DNA from: an uncultured Ignavibacteriaceae bacterium
GTDB taxonomy: Bacteria > Zixibacteria > MSB-5A5 > GN15 > PGXB01
Length of the DNA stretch: 64,000 nucleotides
Direction of reading: 5' to 3'
NCBI GenBank assembly: GCA_964452645.1
Contig: CAYVMO010000010.1
Coordinates: 36,511-100,510, forward strand
The notes under the pieces were generated by a model. It did not search any database, was not told where the DNA came from, and saw only the letters and a program-made list of their open reading frames with translations. The position numbers and the translations under genes were made by a program. Below, one piece after another: positions 9,913 through 19,498 of this stretch. Numbering within the stretch: position 1 is the first letter of the stretch; each line of letters begins with the position of its first letter.

Positions 9913-10072
9913 ATTAATTCGTACGAATTTGTCAAATATCGTCGCTGGATTGTTGCCCAAGCTTAACAATTACCGTAAATTATATACAACATAAAAACAG
10001 CATTTGGAGTATTGCAAAATACGAAAGAATATTTGCAGTGATTACACAACCTTACATTCTCAGGGAGTTTTC

Positions 10073-12217
10073 ATGAAACTATTCAATCAGGGAAACAGAA
10101 TTGTACATTTTATCGGTTTTGCCCTGGCGGTCGGACTTTCCGCGATGCTTCTGTCATCCTGCGGGCAGCAGCCGCCGTCGACGAAAATCGAGACGGTCGT
10201 CGATACTCTGCACGGGGTCGAAATACGGGACGATTACCGCTGGCTGGAAAACAGCGACGACCCCGCGGTCCAAGAATGGGAAAACAAACAGGATGAATAC
10301 TGCCGGCGGTATATCAAAAAGTACCCCGATCGCGAGAAAGTGCAAAAGCGTATCGAGGAACTTATGCGCATCGGTTATGTCGACAATCCGGCCATGGCAG
10401 GCGGGAAATATTTCTACATGAAGCGTGAGGGTGACGCCGAGCATCCGGTACTGCTTATGAAACGAACTCCCGAGGCTGAGCCGGAAGTCGTGATCGATCC
10501 CAATCGTTTCAGCAAAGATAATACTCTGGCGATGGATTGGTGGTATCTGTCGTCGGACGGAAAATATATTGCCTTCGGGAAATCTTCCCAAGGCAGTGAG
10601 AACAGCACCCTTTTTATACATGATGTCGATAAAAATATGGATCTGACCGATAGTATCCTCTACGCCCGGGCCGCAGGCGTTGCCTGGCTTAATGATAACA
10701 GCGGCTTTTACTACACCCGTTATCCCGATCCGGGAACGGTGCCTGAGGGCGAAGAACAATATTACCGAAAGGTGTTTTTTCATAAAATCGGCAACGGCTA
10801 TCATAACGACCCGCTGATATTCGGTGAAGGGCGCGATAAAACGGAATGGTGCGACGTGCAGCTTTCCGAGGCCGGGAATTATCTTCTGGTGCCGGTCTAT
10901 ATTGGTTGGTCGAGGGCGGAATTATATTTGAAAAACCTGAAAAAGGACAATGATTTTATTCGGCTGACCGATACCACTGAGGCGCTTTATTCAGTGTTTC
11001 TCAGGAAAAATGACTTTTACGTGCTGACCAATTATAACGCGCCCAAATTCAAAGTGATGAAAGGCAGTTATCAGCGTCCGAACATGAAATTCTGGAAAGA
11101 AGTGATCCCCGAGGACGAATTTCCGATTGAGCATATCGCCATTGTCGGAGATAACATCGTCGTCAGTCGACTGCAAAATGCATCGAGTCGGTTGTCGATT
11201 TATTCTACAGACGGCAAATTTGATAAGGATATTGAACTGCCTGCGATCGGCTCGATTATCAGCTATTACGATCATGTGCTCGGTTATGAATATGACGGGC
11301 ATGAGCTTCTTTTCGGTTATAACTCGTTTTTTATCCCGCCGCGGATTTGTCGCTATGATTTTAATACCGATAAGATGACGATTCTGGATGACATCAAGAC
11401 TGATCTCGATCTCTCGCAGTATACCGTCGAGCAGGTCTCGTATCCATCGAAAGACGGGACTAAAATTTCGATGTTTTTGGTGCACCGGAAGGATATTCAG
11501 CTTGACGGCAACAATCCGACTATTGTCTATGGTTATGGCGGTTTTGCCAGCAATGAAACGCCCAGTTTTTCGCGGACGCGGACCATGTTCTTGAAGCGGG
11601 GCGGGATTTATGCCCAGACACAGCTTCGCGGGGGAGGCGAGTACGGCGAGGCGTGGCATCGGGCCGGTATGCTGGAAAACAAGCAAAACGTTTTTGATGA
11701 TTTTATTGCCGCCTGTGAATGGCTGATTGACAATAAATATACCAATCCGCAAAAGCTCGCCATCGAGGGCGGCAGCAACGGCGGGCTTCTGGTCGGGGCC
11801 GTGATGGTGCAGCGACCGGATTTGATGAAGGCGGTCCAGTGCTGGCGGCCGCTTCTCGATATGTTGCGTTATCAAAAATTTTTGATCGGCGAATTGTGGG
11901 TCCCGGAGTACGGCTCGGCTGATAATCCTGAGCAATTCAAATATCTTTACGCTTATTCGCCGTATCAGCATGTCAAAAAGGGAACATCTTATCCGGCGGT
12001 GCTGTTTGAGATTGCCGATCATGATACCCGGGTCGATCCGTTGCATGCGCGCAAAATGACGGCGGCGATGCAGGCCGCGACCTCGTCGGATAATCCGATT
12101 TTACTGCGGGTACAGAGAAAAACCGGTCACGGCCAGAATGTCCCCAAGAGTATCACAATCGATGAGCTTGTCGACGAGTGGTCGTTTATCTTCCAGCAAC
12201 TGGGGATGCAGTTTTAG
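10073..12217 (+). CDS. Prolyl oligopeptidase (S9A family), probable lipoprotein
   Basis: Catalytic triad context is present: GGSNGGLL (Ser), DHDTRVDP (Asp) and TGHG (His), with an N-terminal beta-propeller region. The ATG at 10073 follows AGGGAG and yields a lipobox (LLSSC). The track ORF starts further upstream at 10004. Confidence 0.92.
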   Translation: MKLFNQGNRIVHFIGFALAVGLSAMLLSSCGQQPPSTKIETVVDTLHGVEIRDDYRWLENSDDPAVQEWENKQDEYCRRYIKKYPDREKVQKRIEELMRIGYVDNPAMAGGKYFYMKREGDAEHPVLLMKRTPEAEPEVVIDPNRFSKDNTLAMDWWYLSSDGKYIAFGKSSQGSENSTLFIHDVDKNMDLTDSILYARAAGVAWLNDNSGFYYTRYPDPGTVPEGEEQYYRKVFFHKIGNGYHNDPLIFGEGRDKTEWCDVQLSEAGNYLLVPVYIGWSRAELYLKNLKKDNDFIRLTDTTEALYSVFLRKNDFYVLTNYNAPKFKVMKGSYQRPNMKFWKEVIPEDEFPIEHIAIVGDNIVVSRLQNASSRLSIYSTDGKFDKDIELPAIGSIISYYDHVLGYEYDGHELLFGYNSFFIPPRICRYDFNTDKMTILDDIKTDLDLSQYTVEQVSYPSKDGTKISMFLVHRKDIQLDGNNPTIVYGYGGFASNETPSFSRTRTMFLKRGGIYAQTQLRGGGEYGEAWHRAGMLENKQNVFDDFIAACEWLIDNKYTNPQKLAIEGGSNGGLLVGAVMVQRPDLMKAVQCWRPLLDMLRYQKFLIGELWVPEYGSADNPEQFKYLYAYSPYQHVKKGTSYPAVLFEIADHDTRVDPLHARKMTAAMQAATSSDNPILLRVQRKTGHGQNVPKSITIDELVDEWSFIFQQLGMQF

Positions 12218-12244
12218 GAAATCGCAAATAAAAATATCATGAGC

Positions 12245-12275
12245 CCGGCAGACCTGGCGGTCTGCCGGTTTATTT
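12245..12275 (+). terminator. Rho-independent terminator after the prolyl oligopeptidase gene
   Basis: CCGGCAGACC (12245-12254) pairs with GGTCTGCCGG (12259-12268) and is followed by TTTATTT. Confidence 0.85.
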
Positions 12276-12552
12276 ATGGTTGATGTGCGGTATTGTCGAA
12301 AACGTCATGGTTGACGTACGTTCTCGCGGAGATCAGAACTTCGCCGAAGGGTGCAACGACAAAACCTCCAATCGTAATCGCCATGAGTCCCGAATATTCC
12401 GCTGATCAGGAGACGAAAACGTCGTAGCGATCGCCGCGTTCCTTTCCTGTTTTTACCGCGCAAGCGGGAATGATAGGCGATAGATCAAATTCCCGCGATC
12501 AACGGGTCGTTGACCCCTGACATTCACGCCATGGCATACATAGAGGCCTTTT

Positions 12553-14814
12553 CTAATATGCGACGAAGTGATCCGGTCGAGCCTGATAATCGAGTAACAA
12601 CAAAGATGAAGGATTTTTCCATACCCGGCAAAGCGGCTTTTCGGACCGTTTCACGCTGTCGCTGCCGAATCCCGGGCCAACAGAATAAAACCGCAGCCCC
12701 GTTGTTTTGTCGAGATACTCGTAGAGAGGCACAATTGCAGAAGAAACAAGTCTTTCATGTGGCAGCTTCACCCGTTGACCGGTCCAGATTCCTCCCATGG
12801 TGCTGTCGTCTTTCATGAAATCTCCGAAAAGTCGGCCATCTTTCAGAGCGCCAGTGATCGTGCATTCACTCTCGTGTATTTGAAGATCAAGCTTGCCGTC
12901 ACGAAAGATGCCCTTCGTGACATTGTCGCCGGATACAGTTCGATTCCTGAGCGTCAGTTCCAGTTCGAAAGACTCTTCCAAGCCGTCCGACGTCGTTGCG
13001 GTACACTGCCATGTGCCTGTGATTGGATCTGCAACCGCCGGCGGCAGAGAGGCGGCAGGCAGGGCATAAAAGCAAGGGCTGTCAGATCGTCCGGCCGGTC
13101 TATCAACAATGAACTTATCACAATTCTTGTCGGATTGAGAGTACACGGGAATCACTTGATCAGCGGTCCGGTCCGACGGGATGGCATAAAAGGGAATCTC
13201 CAAAATCCGATCCCATAGATTAAGCGAGTCTACTGCTGCTCGCATGAGATATCGTTCCCGACCCTGAACATCTCTCACTCGATAGACCGGCGCCGGCAGC
13301 GACAGGCGAGAATCGTCAAGAGACAGGCAATACATTATCTGGTTGTAGTCATAGAGCGGTGTGGCATTGGTATTGCCGGAAAAGCCGGTCGTGTAGGTTC
13401 CCTCGAAATAGATTATTCGCCCGCCATCCTGATCGAACAGTGGATGCTGACCCACATTGTAGAAATCATAGCTTTCGTGCGACACAATTTTCTGTCCGAA
13501 CACCCATGGACCGACCGGGGTGTCGCCCTCCAAGTACCATACGGAACCGCACCACTCATAGGCGAGCATTACCCAGCATTTATGATAATCGTTCCAAAAA
13601 ACTGAGCCGGGAACGATTGCAATCGGCCGACCGCTTTCGATATCCTGTGCCTGCCAGAGACCCTCGGCGCGCGTAATCTTTCCGGAGGAAACCAATTGTA
13701 CCTGCTGTTTTTGACTAAGAGGGTCGGTAGCTTGTTTCCAGCTATAGGTGAGTTGCCCCTCGGCGTTTCGGTCAAGAGCCGATGCGGCACTGTCGAATTT
13801 AGCGCCCGTGGCGAGACAGGTGAAATGTTCGTAACTTGCCGCATTGGTGATGTGCTGGCTGTCGGCGATGACCCGTTCAAAACCGTAACGATCTATGATA
13901 TAGATATATTCGCGGCCGTCGGCACGGACGCGAACCGGATGTCCCGATGAGTGGACTTTATCGAGCCAGGCATCAACTCGAACGACCTTCTCAAACAGCT
14001 TCAGCGAGTCATTAAAAACGGCGATACCGCGTTCGTAGTCCTCATCCAAAGTCTTGGTGCGGGAGAACTTGCCATAGAGTTTCTCGTCGCCATTTCCATC
14101 GGGGATCGTAACCAGCCAGTCTATCCAGACAAGGCCTGGACCACGAATCGGACACATGGGCTTGCTGAAGCCGGTCGAGTCCACAAAATATGTAAGATCA
14201 ACACCGACGCTCGGATCAAGGCCGCCGCTGTCAGGTAATTCCGATGTCGCCCCGGAAGCACTGCCATTAAAATCGGCCGGACCATCAGTGTCTCCCCAGA
14301 ACCAGTAGATCTTTCCTTTGTGTACTGTCTCTATAAAAGTGTCCTGCCCCATTACCTGTCCATTCAGCACGGGCTGTTTGAGGGGAGCAGATTGCCCCGC
14401 AAGTATACTCTGGTCATATATGCCCTGCCCGGTAATCCGGTAGAGTCGTTCCGCGATATTGGTCCGTGTGATCCTGATGGTTGCACTGTCCCCGGGGGTG
14501 GTCGTAAGTGTTATTCCTTGAGCATCAAACACTCTCCCGCGATAATCGTAACCATGACTACTTACGTAGAAGAACACCCTCTGATTCATCAATCCCGGTT
14601 CATTGAAAGCGATGATACCGCGGCTGTCGGTTATCAGAAGAATGGAGTTGGTCGTCTTCAACTCAACCAGAGGCACGCCCCGGCCGGTTTCCTCATCAAT
14701 AATCTTTATTATGAAATATCTGGTTTGTCCTTGGATGGTCGGCGGAGCAGCCATGACAATAATACACAATATCGCCGCCAAAACCGAACTCAACAGTACC
14801 CTTTTCATATGCAT
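12553..14814 (-). CDS. Large secreted protein of unknown function (signal peptide, N-terminal CarboxypepD_reg-like beta-sandwich, central propeller-like region)
   Basis: 753-aa ORF with an N-terminal hydrophobic signal (LLSSVLAAILCIIVMAAP). A YFIIKIIDEETGRGVP...SRG segment resembles carboxypeptidase-regulatory-like domains. A WFWGDTDGP motif is reminiscent of sialidase/DUF4185-like propellers. No catalytic motif was recognised. Confidence 0.7.
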   Translation of the reverse strand: MHMKRVLLSSVLAAILCIIVMAAPPTIQGQTRYFIIKIIDEETGRGVPLVELKTTNSILLITDSRGIIAFNEPGLMNQRVFFYVSSHGYDYRGRVFDAQGITLTTTPGDSATIRITRTNIAERLYRITGQGIYDQSILAGQSAPLKQPVLNGQVMGQDTFIETVHKGKIYWFWGDTDGPADFNGSASGATSELPDSGGLDPSVGVDLTYFVDSTGFSKPMCPIRGPGLVWIDWLVTIPDGNGDEKLYGKFSRTKTLDEDYERGIAVFNDSLKLFEKVVRVDAWLDKVHSSGHPVRVRADGREYIYIIDRYGFERVIADSQHITNAASYEHFTCLATGAKFDSAASALDRNAEGQLTYSWKQATDPLSQKQQVQLVSSGKITRAEGLWQAQDIESGRPIAIVPGSVFWNDYHKCWVMLAYEWCGSVWYLEGDTPVGPWVFGQKIVSHESYDFYNVGQHPLFDQDGGRIIYFEGTYTTGFSGNTNATPLYDYNQIMYCLSLDDSRLSLPAPVYRVRDVQGRERYLMRAAVDSLNLWDRILEIPFYAIPSDRTADQVIPVYSQSDKNCDKFIVDRPAGRSDSPCFYALPAASLPPAVADPITGTWQCTATTSDGLEESFELELTLRNRTVSGDNVTKGIFRDGKLDLQIHESECTITGALKDGRLFGDFMKDDSTMGGIWTGQRVKLPHERLVSSAIVPLYEYLDKTTGLRFYSVGPGFGSDSVKRSEKPLCRVWKNPSSLLLLDYQARPDHFVAY

Positions 14815-15219
14815 CAGTACAAGATAATAGTATTATAAAGTCAAGCCATAATTGTAGGCCATTCGAAGATTTTATAATACATGTAGCGGTATTCCGTGTC
14901 GATTCACATCGTGTATTCGATTATCTTCCAGCGAGTTTCGCAAATATGTTTAGCGATGAGCAACTCCCTGAGTCACAATAACTTATCAGACATATGGTCT
15001 AGGTCTTCATTGATATGAATAAGTTCCCGCCCGCACGAGCTCTGGTAAGTTAGATTATCGATTATTCTTGGCTTCCAACACGCGCAATAGCGATGCCTGC
15101 CATAAAATATTTCGCTTGCATAAAGTACTTAGGTACCATATATTTTTTTTAACCTATCAGAAAGTAGATATAAACAGCTATCTTTGAAGTGGTAGGCAGG
15201 CTTTTTCAAGGAGGCTCAT

Positions 15220-15819
15220 ATGAAATGGGTCTTTTGTCTATTGCTTGTGGCGGCTCTCGCCTCAGGGTGCGACAAAAATGACAAGTCGACTAATCCACAA
15301 AAGACTGTCGAAATCTGGCCGCTGAAAGTCGGCAACCAGTGGACTTATGAGGATCAGCTTCTGGATACGGCCGGGAATATATTTCATTGGGATACGACCG
15401 TCATGCTGATTGCCAAAGACACGGTGATCCAGGGCGAAACATGGTACATCACCACAGTCAACGGCATCCGGGATCCGGAAACCCTTCCGGGGAAAAACCG
15501 AAGTGACGGCTTATGGGGATGGGACGGATCGTCAGGCATGCTGGTATGGAAATACCCGGCGACGGTTGCGGATACATTCAAGTTCGGGATAGATACTGTG
15601 ACCATCGAGTCCATCCATGACACGGTGACAGTTCCTGCGGGGACTTTTGTTTGCCTGAATTACAAATGGGTAGATAACGAGGATCCGGGCAGAGTTTACC
15701 AATATCATTACTTGTCGCCGGGCGTCGGCTGGATTTTGGGAGAAGAATATTACCGGACTTCCGGAGGATTCATATATCCGCAACTGCGCAATGTCCTGAT
15801 TTCTTATTCATTACAGTGA
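15220..15819 (+). CDS. Lipoprotein, unknown function
   Basis: SD AAGGAGG lies upstream. The signal peptide has a lipobox (LVAALASGC). 199 aa with no recognisable domain. Confidence 0.7.
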   Translation: MKWVFCLLLVAALASGCDKNDKSTNPQKTVEIWPLKVGNQWTYEDQLLDTAGNIFHWDTTVMLIAKDTVIQGETWYITTVNGIRDPETLPGKNRSDGLWGWDGSSGMLVWKYPATVADTFKFGIDTVTIESIHDTVTVPAGTFVCLNYKWVDNEDPGRVYQYHYLSPGVGWILGEEYYRTSGGFIYPQLRNVLISYSLQ

Positions 15820-16174
15820 CGGCCATAACTTGGAGGTTCGCTTCATGAGGATGGCGCGACATTGTATTCCGGGATTAGTATGCCATTGTGCATTGACAAG
15901 ATTCCCCTTGGAATCTCTTTCCTCGCCGTTGCCCGATATTGACGAAACCAATCCGTATCGGTTTTGGATCAATATGGGAAGCGGGCTGGAAATCTGTAGC
16001 GTTATATCTATCAAACGTGTTGTTATGTAAGCCTGTACGATTTAACCGTACTTACATTTTAACTCGCACGGTAGGTAACCAGTTTCTTGTATAGACCTGA
16101 TATCGGAAATAATTAAAATTATGCAAGTAAAAAATGGCCAAATAATATGATTTATTATATCTTTGAATCACTTT

Positions 16175-17056
16175 ATGGAAATCGAATATTTAAGAAAAAT
16201 AAGAACAATCGCTATCAAGGCAATGGTATCTGATGATGAATTAATGGAGCGCCTTGTCCTAAAGGGAGGAAATGCTATTGATATAATTTATGGTATCGCC
16301 CAAAGAGGATCGATAGACTTAGATTTTTCAATTGAAAAAGATTTCCATAAGAATGAAAGAGAGGATATTAAAGAAAGAATCGATAAAGCATTAACCACAA
16401 CATTTGCAGAAAACAATTATAAGGCCTTCGACATTAAATTTGGTCCCAGACCGACAATAATCCGAAACGAAGTAAAATCATTCTGGGGCGGGTACCGTAT
16501 TGAATTCAAAATAATCCGTAATGATAAATTAAAAGAACTTGGACATGAATTAGATACTCTGCGTAGAAATGCCGAAGTTATTGCACCCGGTCAAGTAAAG
16601 ACTTTTCATGTTGACATCAGCAAGTTTGAATTTTGTACTTCAAAATCGGCGAAAGAAATTGATGGGCTCACAATTTATGTATATACACCCCAAATGCTGG
16701 TCTTTGAAAAGTTGAGGGCTATCTGCCAGCAGTTAGAAAACTATGTAAATTATGTAGGGGGTCATCCGCCAGTCCCGCGTGCCCGGGATTTTTTTGATAT
16801 TTACATTTTGTGCGAGAATTGCCAAATAGATTTCGCTTCACCGGATTCTAGATTAATTCTTAAGAATATTTTTAAGGCAAAGAAAGTTGATTTAAAACTC
16901 CTAAATCAAATAATATATCAAAAGGATTTTCACGAGACTGATTTTGATATGGTTAGGGATACCGTTCATCCCGGGATTAATTTGAAAGACTTCGATTTTT
17001 ATTTTAATTACGTTATTGGGATTGTCGAAAAACTAAAATCCCTTGGGATAATATAG
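16175..17056 (+). CDS. abiEii: AbiEii/AbiGii-family nucleotidyltransferase toxin (type IV TA / abortive infection)
   Basis: Motifs LKGGNAIDIIYG, RGSIDLDFS and FEKLRAI...RARDFFDIYIL match the conserved nucleotidyltransferase motifs of the AbiEii (DUF1814) family. The track ORF starts at TTG 16163; ATG 16175 is the alternative start. Confidence 0.8.
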   Translation: MEIEYLRKIRTIAIKAMVSDDELMERLVLKGGNAIDIIYGIAQRGSIDLDFSIEKDFHKNEREDIKERIDKALTTTFAENNYKAFDIKFGPRPTIIRNEVKSFWGGYRIEFKIIRNDKLKELGHELDTLRRNAEVIAPGQVKTFHVDISKFEFCTSKSAKEIDGLTIYVYTPQMLVFEKLRAICQQLENYVNYVGGHPPVPRARDFFDIYILCENCQIDFASPDSRLILKNIFKAKKVDLKLLNQIIYQKDFHETDFDMVRDTVHPGINLKDFDFYFNYVIGIVEKLKSLGII

Positions 17057-17908
17057 ATGCCACCTCGTATTATAAGATTTATTATCAAGTCCGTGGGCTA
17101 AATAAAAGTCGAATTCAAATTGCGGATTCTCAAATAGCGATACCAAAGAATCATTATAAACACCCGATTTTTCTAAATAAAATCCAACCGCCTGACGGTA
17201 AGGATAGATATAATTTATTTCCTTTAGCATGGCATTCAATTTATTCAATGATACCTTATCTTTGGCGAGCCGAAAGGCGTTTAGGACCTCCATAACCCCG
17301 CCGGAATAGAAAGGCCGTACTGTTATGTCGATTAATGTTCGTTCTATATTGGTGATTCTCAATCTTTCGTCGTCGGGGCCTTTAAAATCAATTACACCGA
17401 GCTCTCCTGTATGCTTGCCGTTTATCAAACATATTTTATAGTTTTTGTAATTGGCGATGGTATTCGAAACTCTGGGTTTCCGACCAAAAGCCAGGTCAAT
17501 TCGATCCTGAACCAAGCCCGTATCTTGTGCGCGTTTTGGAGACTGCTCGAAATTAGTATATAAAATTTTCGGTATCTGATCGGTCAATCCATGAAAATAC
17601 ACCGCCGTATAATGAGAGAAATATGCCCTTGGCCTTACTGATAAAACAACTTCAAAAAATGGGACTTCACCCCAAGTATATCTGATTTCCGCTCTTTTGG
17701 GAAATTTCAGCTTTACTTCTTTTAATTGCGTTTCTTTTAATAAAAATTGAATAAATTGATATGTTGTCGTAGATATAGCCATTCGCCAAAAATCACGATT
17801 TTCAGCAATAATTTTTTCAATATCGGATCGCTTAAATATTCGAGAATCTAAACCGTCGAAATAACTTTCGATATCACGTTTTGCAATCTTAAGCCTGGCT
17901 TTGTTCAT
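17033..17908 (-). CDS. abiEi: AbiEi-like antitoxin / transcriptional regulator
   Basis: 291 aa. The YFSHYTAVYFHGLTDQIP motif and overall size and architecture resemble AbiEi-family antitoxins. It lies next to the AbiEii gene but is convergent, with 24 bp of 3' overlap. Confidence 0.6.
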   Translation of the reverse strand: MNKARLKIAKRDIESYFDGLDSRIFKRSDIEKIIAENRDFWRMAISTTTYQFIQFLLKETQLKEVKLKFPKRAEIRYTWGEVPFFEVVLSVRPRAYFSHYTAVYFHGLTDQIPKILYTNFEQSPKRAQDTGLVQDRIDLAFGRKPRVSNTIANYKNYKICLINGKHTGELGVIDFKGPDDERLRITNIERTLIDITVRPFYSGGVMEVLNAFRLAKDKVSLNKLNAMLKEINYIYPYRQAVGFYLEKSGVYNDSLVSLFENPQFEFDFYLAHGLDNKSYNTRWHLYYPKGF

Positions 17909-18022
17909 AATTCATATTTTACTATTTTATGCTGTATATATACTAAAAATCGGAAGTCTCGTCAACTTATTTTATCTTAATTAGTTATATTTATACTGAT
18001 TCGCCAATTTTATTTTATGCTG

Positions 18023-18050
18023 TATTATGTAGTATATATACTACATAATA
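18023..18050. promoter_or_regulatory. 28-bp perfect palindrome (candidate operator) upstream of the abiEi-like gene
   Basis: TATTATGTAGTATA|TATACTACATAATA is a perfect inverted repeat. Its core GTATATATAC also occurs at 17934-17943 and 18142-18151. Confidence 0.5.
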
Positions 18051-18127
18051 CGCTATAAATATAATTTCTGAATTATTCTATCTGATTATTATATAATCTA
18101 TTATGAGCGCCTAATAGGTTAAAATAA

Positions 18128-18165
18128 GGATACAATATGAAGTATATATACTTCATATTGTATCC
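18128..18165 (-). terminator. 38-bp perfect palindrome acting as the probable intrinsic terminator of glyQS
   Basis: GGATACAATATGAAGTATA|TATACTTCATATTGTATCC begins 11 nt after the glyQS stop on the minus strand and is followed there by TTATTTT. Confidence 0.6.
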
Positions 18166-18175
18166 CTCTTTACCA

Positions 18176-19486
18176 CTAAATCCGCTCTGAAAGGAAATCG
18201 GCCAGTTCGGCGATTTTATGCCGGGTTTGCTTCATACTGTCGCGGTCGCGGATAGTAACCGTGTCGTCTTCTTTTGTCTGACCGTCGATCGTGATACAGT
18301 ATGGACAGCCGGCCTCATCCATTCGCGCATAACGCCGCCCGACCGAACCGCCGGCATCGTAAAAAACTTTGAAACGAGTTTTCAGAATCTTATAAATATT
18401 GACGGCAATCTCCGGCATCCCGTCTTTTTTGACCAAGGGAAATATGGCCGCCTTGATGGGCGCAATCTTCGGCGAGAATCGCAGAACGGTCGATTTTTCG
18501 CCGCGCGAGGGATCTTCATCATAAGCATCGACCATGACTGTCAAGAGTGTGCGGTCGCATCCGGCCGAGGTTTCGATTATATACGGTATGAATTTCTCTT
18601 TGAAGCGTTCATCGATATATCGTTGATCCTTGCCGGTCGCATCCTGATGACGCGACAAATCAAAATCGGTGCGATTATGCACACCCTCCAGCTCTTTCCA
18701 GCCGAAAGGAAATTCGTACTCGATATCAAACGCCTTTTTAGCATAGTGCGCCAGTTCATCCGGGCCATGTTCGTGCCAGCGAAGCTTTTCCTTGCGGATA
18801 CCGAGCTCCAGATACCATTGCCAACGCTCTTCCTTCCAGTATTCGAACCATTTTTCATCCTCGGACGGATGAATAAAATACTGCATTTCCATCTGCTCGA
18901 ACTCGCGCGTACGGAAAATAAAATTGCCGGGTGTAATTTCATTTCGAAAAGCTTTGCCTATCTGCGCGATGCCGAACGGAATTTTCTGGCGCGCCGAGTT
19001 TTTGACATTGAGAAAATTGACATATATCCCCTGCGCCGTCTCCGGGCGAAGATAAACGATCGAGCTGTCATCCTCGATCGGCCCCATAAAGGTTTTGAAC
19101 ATCAGGTTAAACTGCCTGGACTCGGTCAGAGTCTGATTACCGCAGACGGGACATCTGGTTTTATCCGTGAGCTCGTCCTCACGAAAACGAGATTTGCATG
19201 TTTTACAGTCGACCAGCGGATCGGTGAACTCATCGACGTGCCCCGACGTTTTCCAGACGGCAGGATGCATCAATATCGCCGCGTCCAACCCTTCGACATC
19301 ATCGCGACGGTTGGTCATCGCTTCCCACCAGAAAGTCTTGATATTGCGTTTCAACTCCGATCCGAGCGGCCCGTAATCCCAGCAGGAATTCAAACCGCCG
19401 TAGATTTCGGAGGATTGATAAATAAATCCACGCCGTTTACAAAGTGAAACCAGTCGGCTCATCTTATCGTCAGCTTTGTTTGCCAT
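18176..19486 (-). CDS. glyQS: Glycine--tRNA ligase (homodimeric class II type)
   Basis: 436 aa. The N-terminus RRGFIYQSSEIYGGL...WDYGPLG and class II motifs identify it. Confidence 0.95.
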   Translation of the reverse strand: MANKADDKMSRLVSLCKRRGFIYQSSEIYGGLNSCWDYGPLGSELKRNIKTFWWEAMTNRRDDVEGLDAAILMHPAVWKTSGHVDEFTDPLVDCKTCKSRFREDELTDKTRCPVCGNQTLTESRQFNLMFKTFMGPIEDDSSIVYLRPETAQGIYVNFLNVKNSARQKIPFGIAQIGKAFRNEITPGNFIFRTREFEQMEMQYFIHPSEDEKWFEYWKEERWQWYLELGIRKEKLRWHEHGPDELAHYAKKAFDIEYEFPFGWKELEGVHNRTDFDLSRHQDATGKDQRYIDERFKEKFIPYIIETSAGCDRTLLTVMVDAYDEDPSRGEKSTVLRFSPKIAPIKAAIFPLVKKDGMPEIAVNIYKILKTRFKVFYDAGGSVGRRYARMDEAGCPYCITIDGQTKEDDTVTIRDRDSMKQTRHKIAELADFLSERI

Positions 19487-19498
19487 GGTGCACTTTCT

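Noticed and set aside
9342-9935. 197-aa and 119-aa minus-strand ORFs rich in Phe, Arg and Leu
   Set aside because: They are artefacts of the AAG/AAA-rich repeat coding the Lys tail of the SWIB protein. The reverse complement of Lys codons gives Phe/Leu runs without stop codons.
10991-12046. 351-aa ORF on the minus strand
   Set aside because: It is antisense to the prolyl oligopeptidase catalytic domain and has no recognisable features.
12274-12384. 36-codon minus-strand ORF (MAITIGGFVVAPFGEVLISARTYVNHDVFDNTAHQP) in the 12.2-12.55 kb gap
   Set aside because: It has no SD and no recognisable motif, and it overlaps the tail of the plus-strand terminator. It is probably chance or a gene remnant.
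18218-19447. 409-aa ORF on the plus strand
   Set aside because: It lies entirely antisense to the unmistakable glyQS gene. It has no motifs, an Arg/Phe/Ile-rich composition typical of antisense frames, and no SD.
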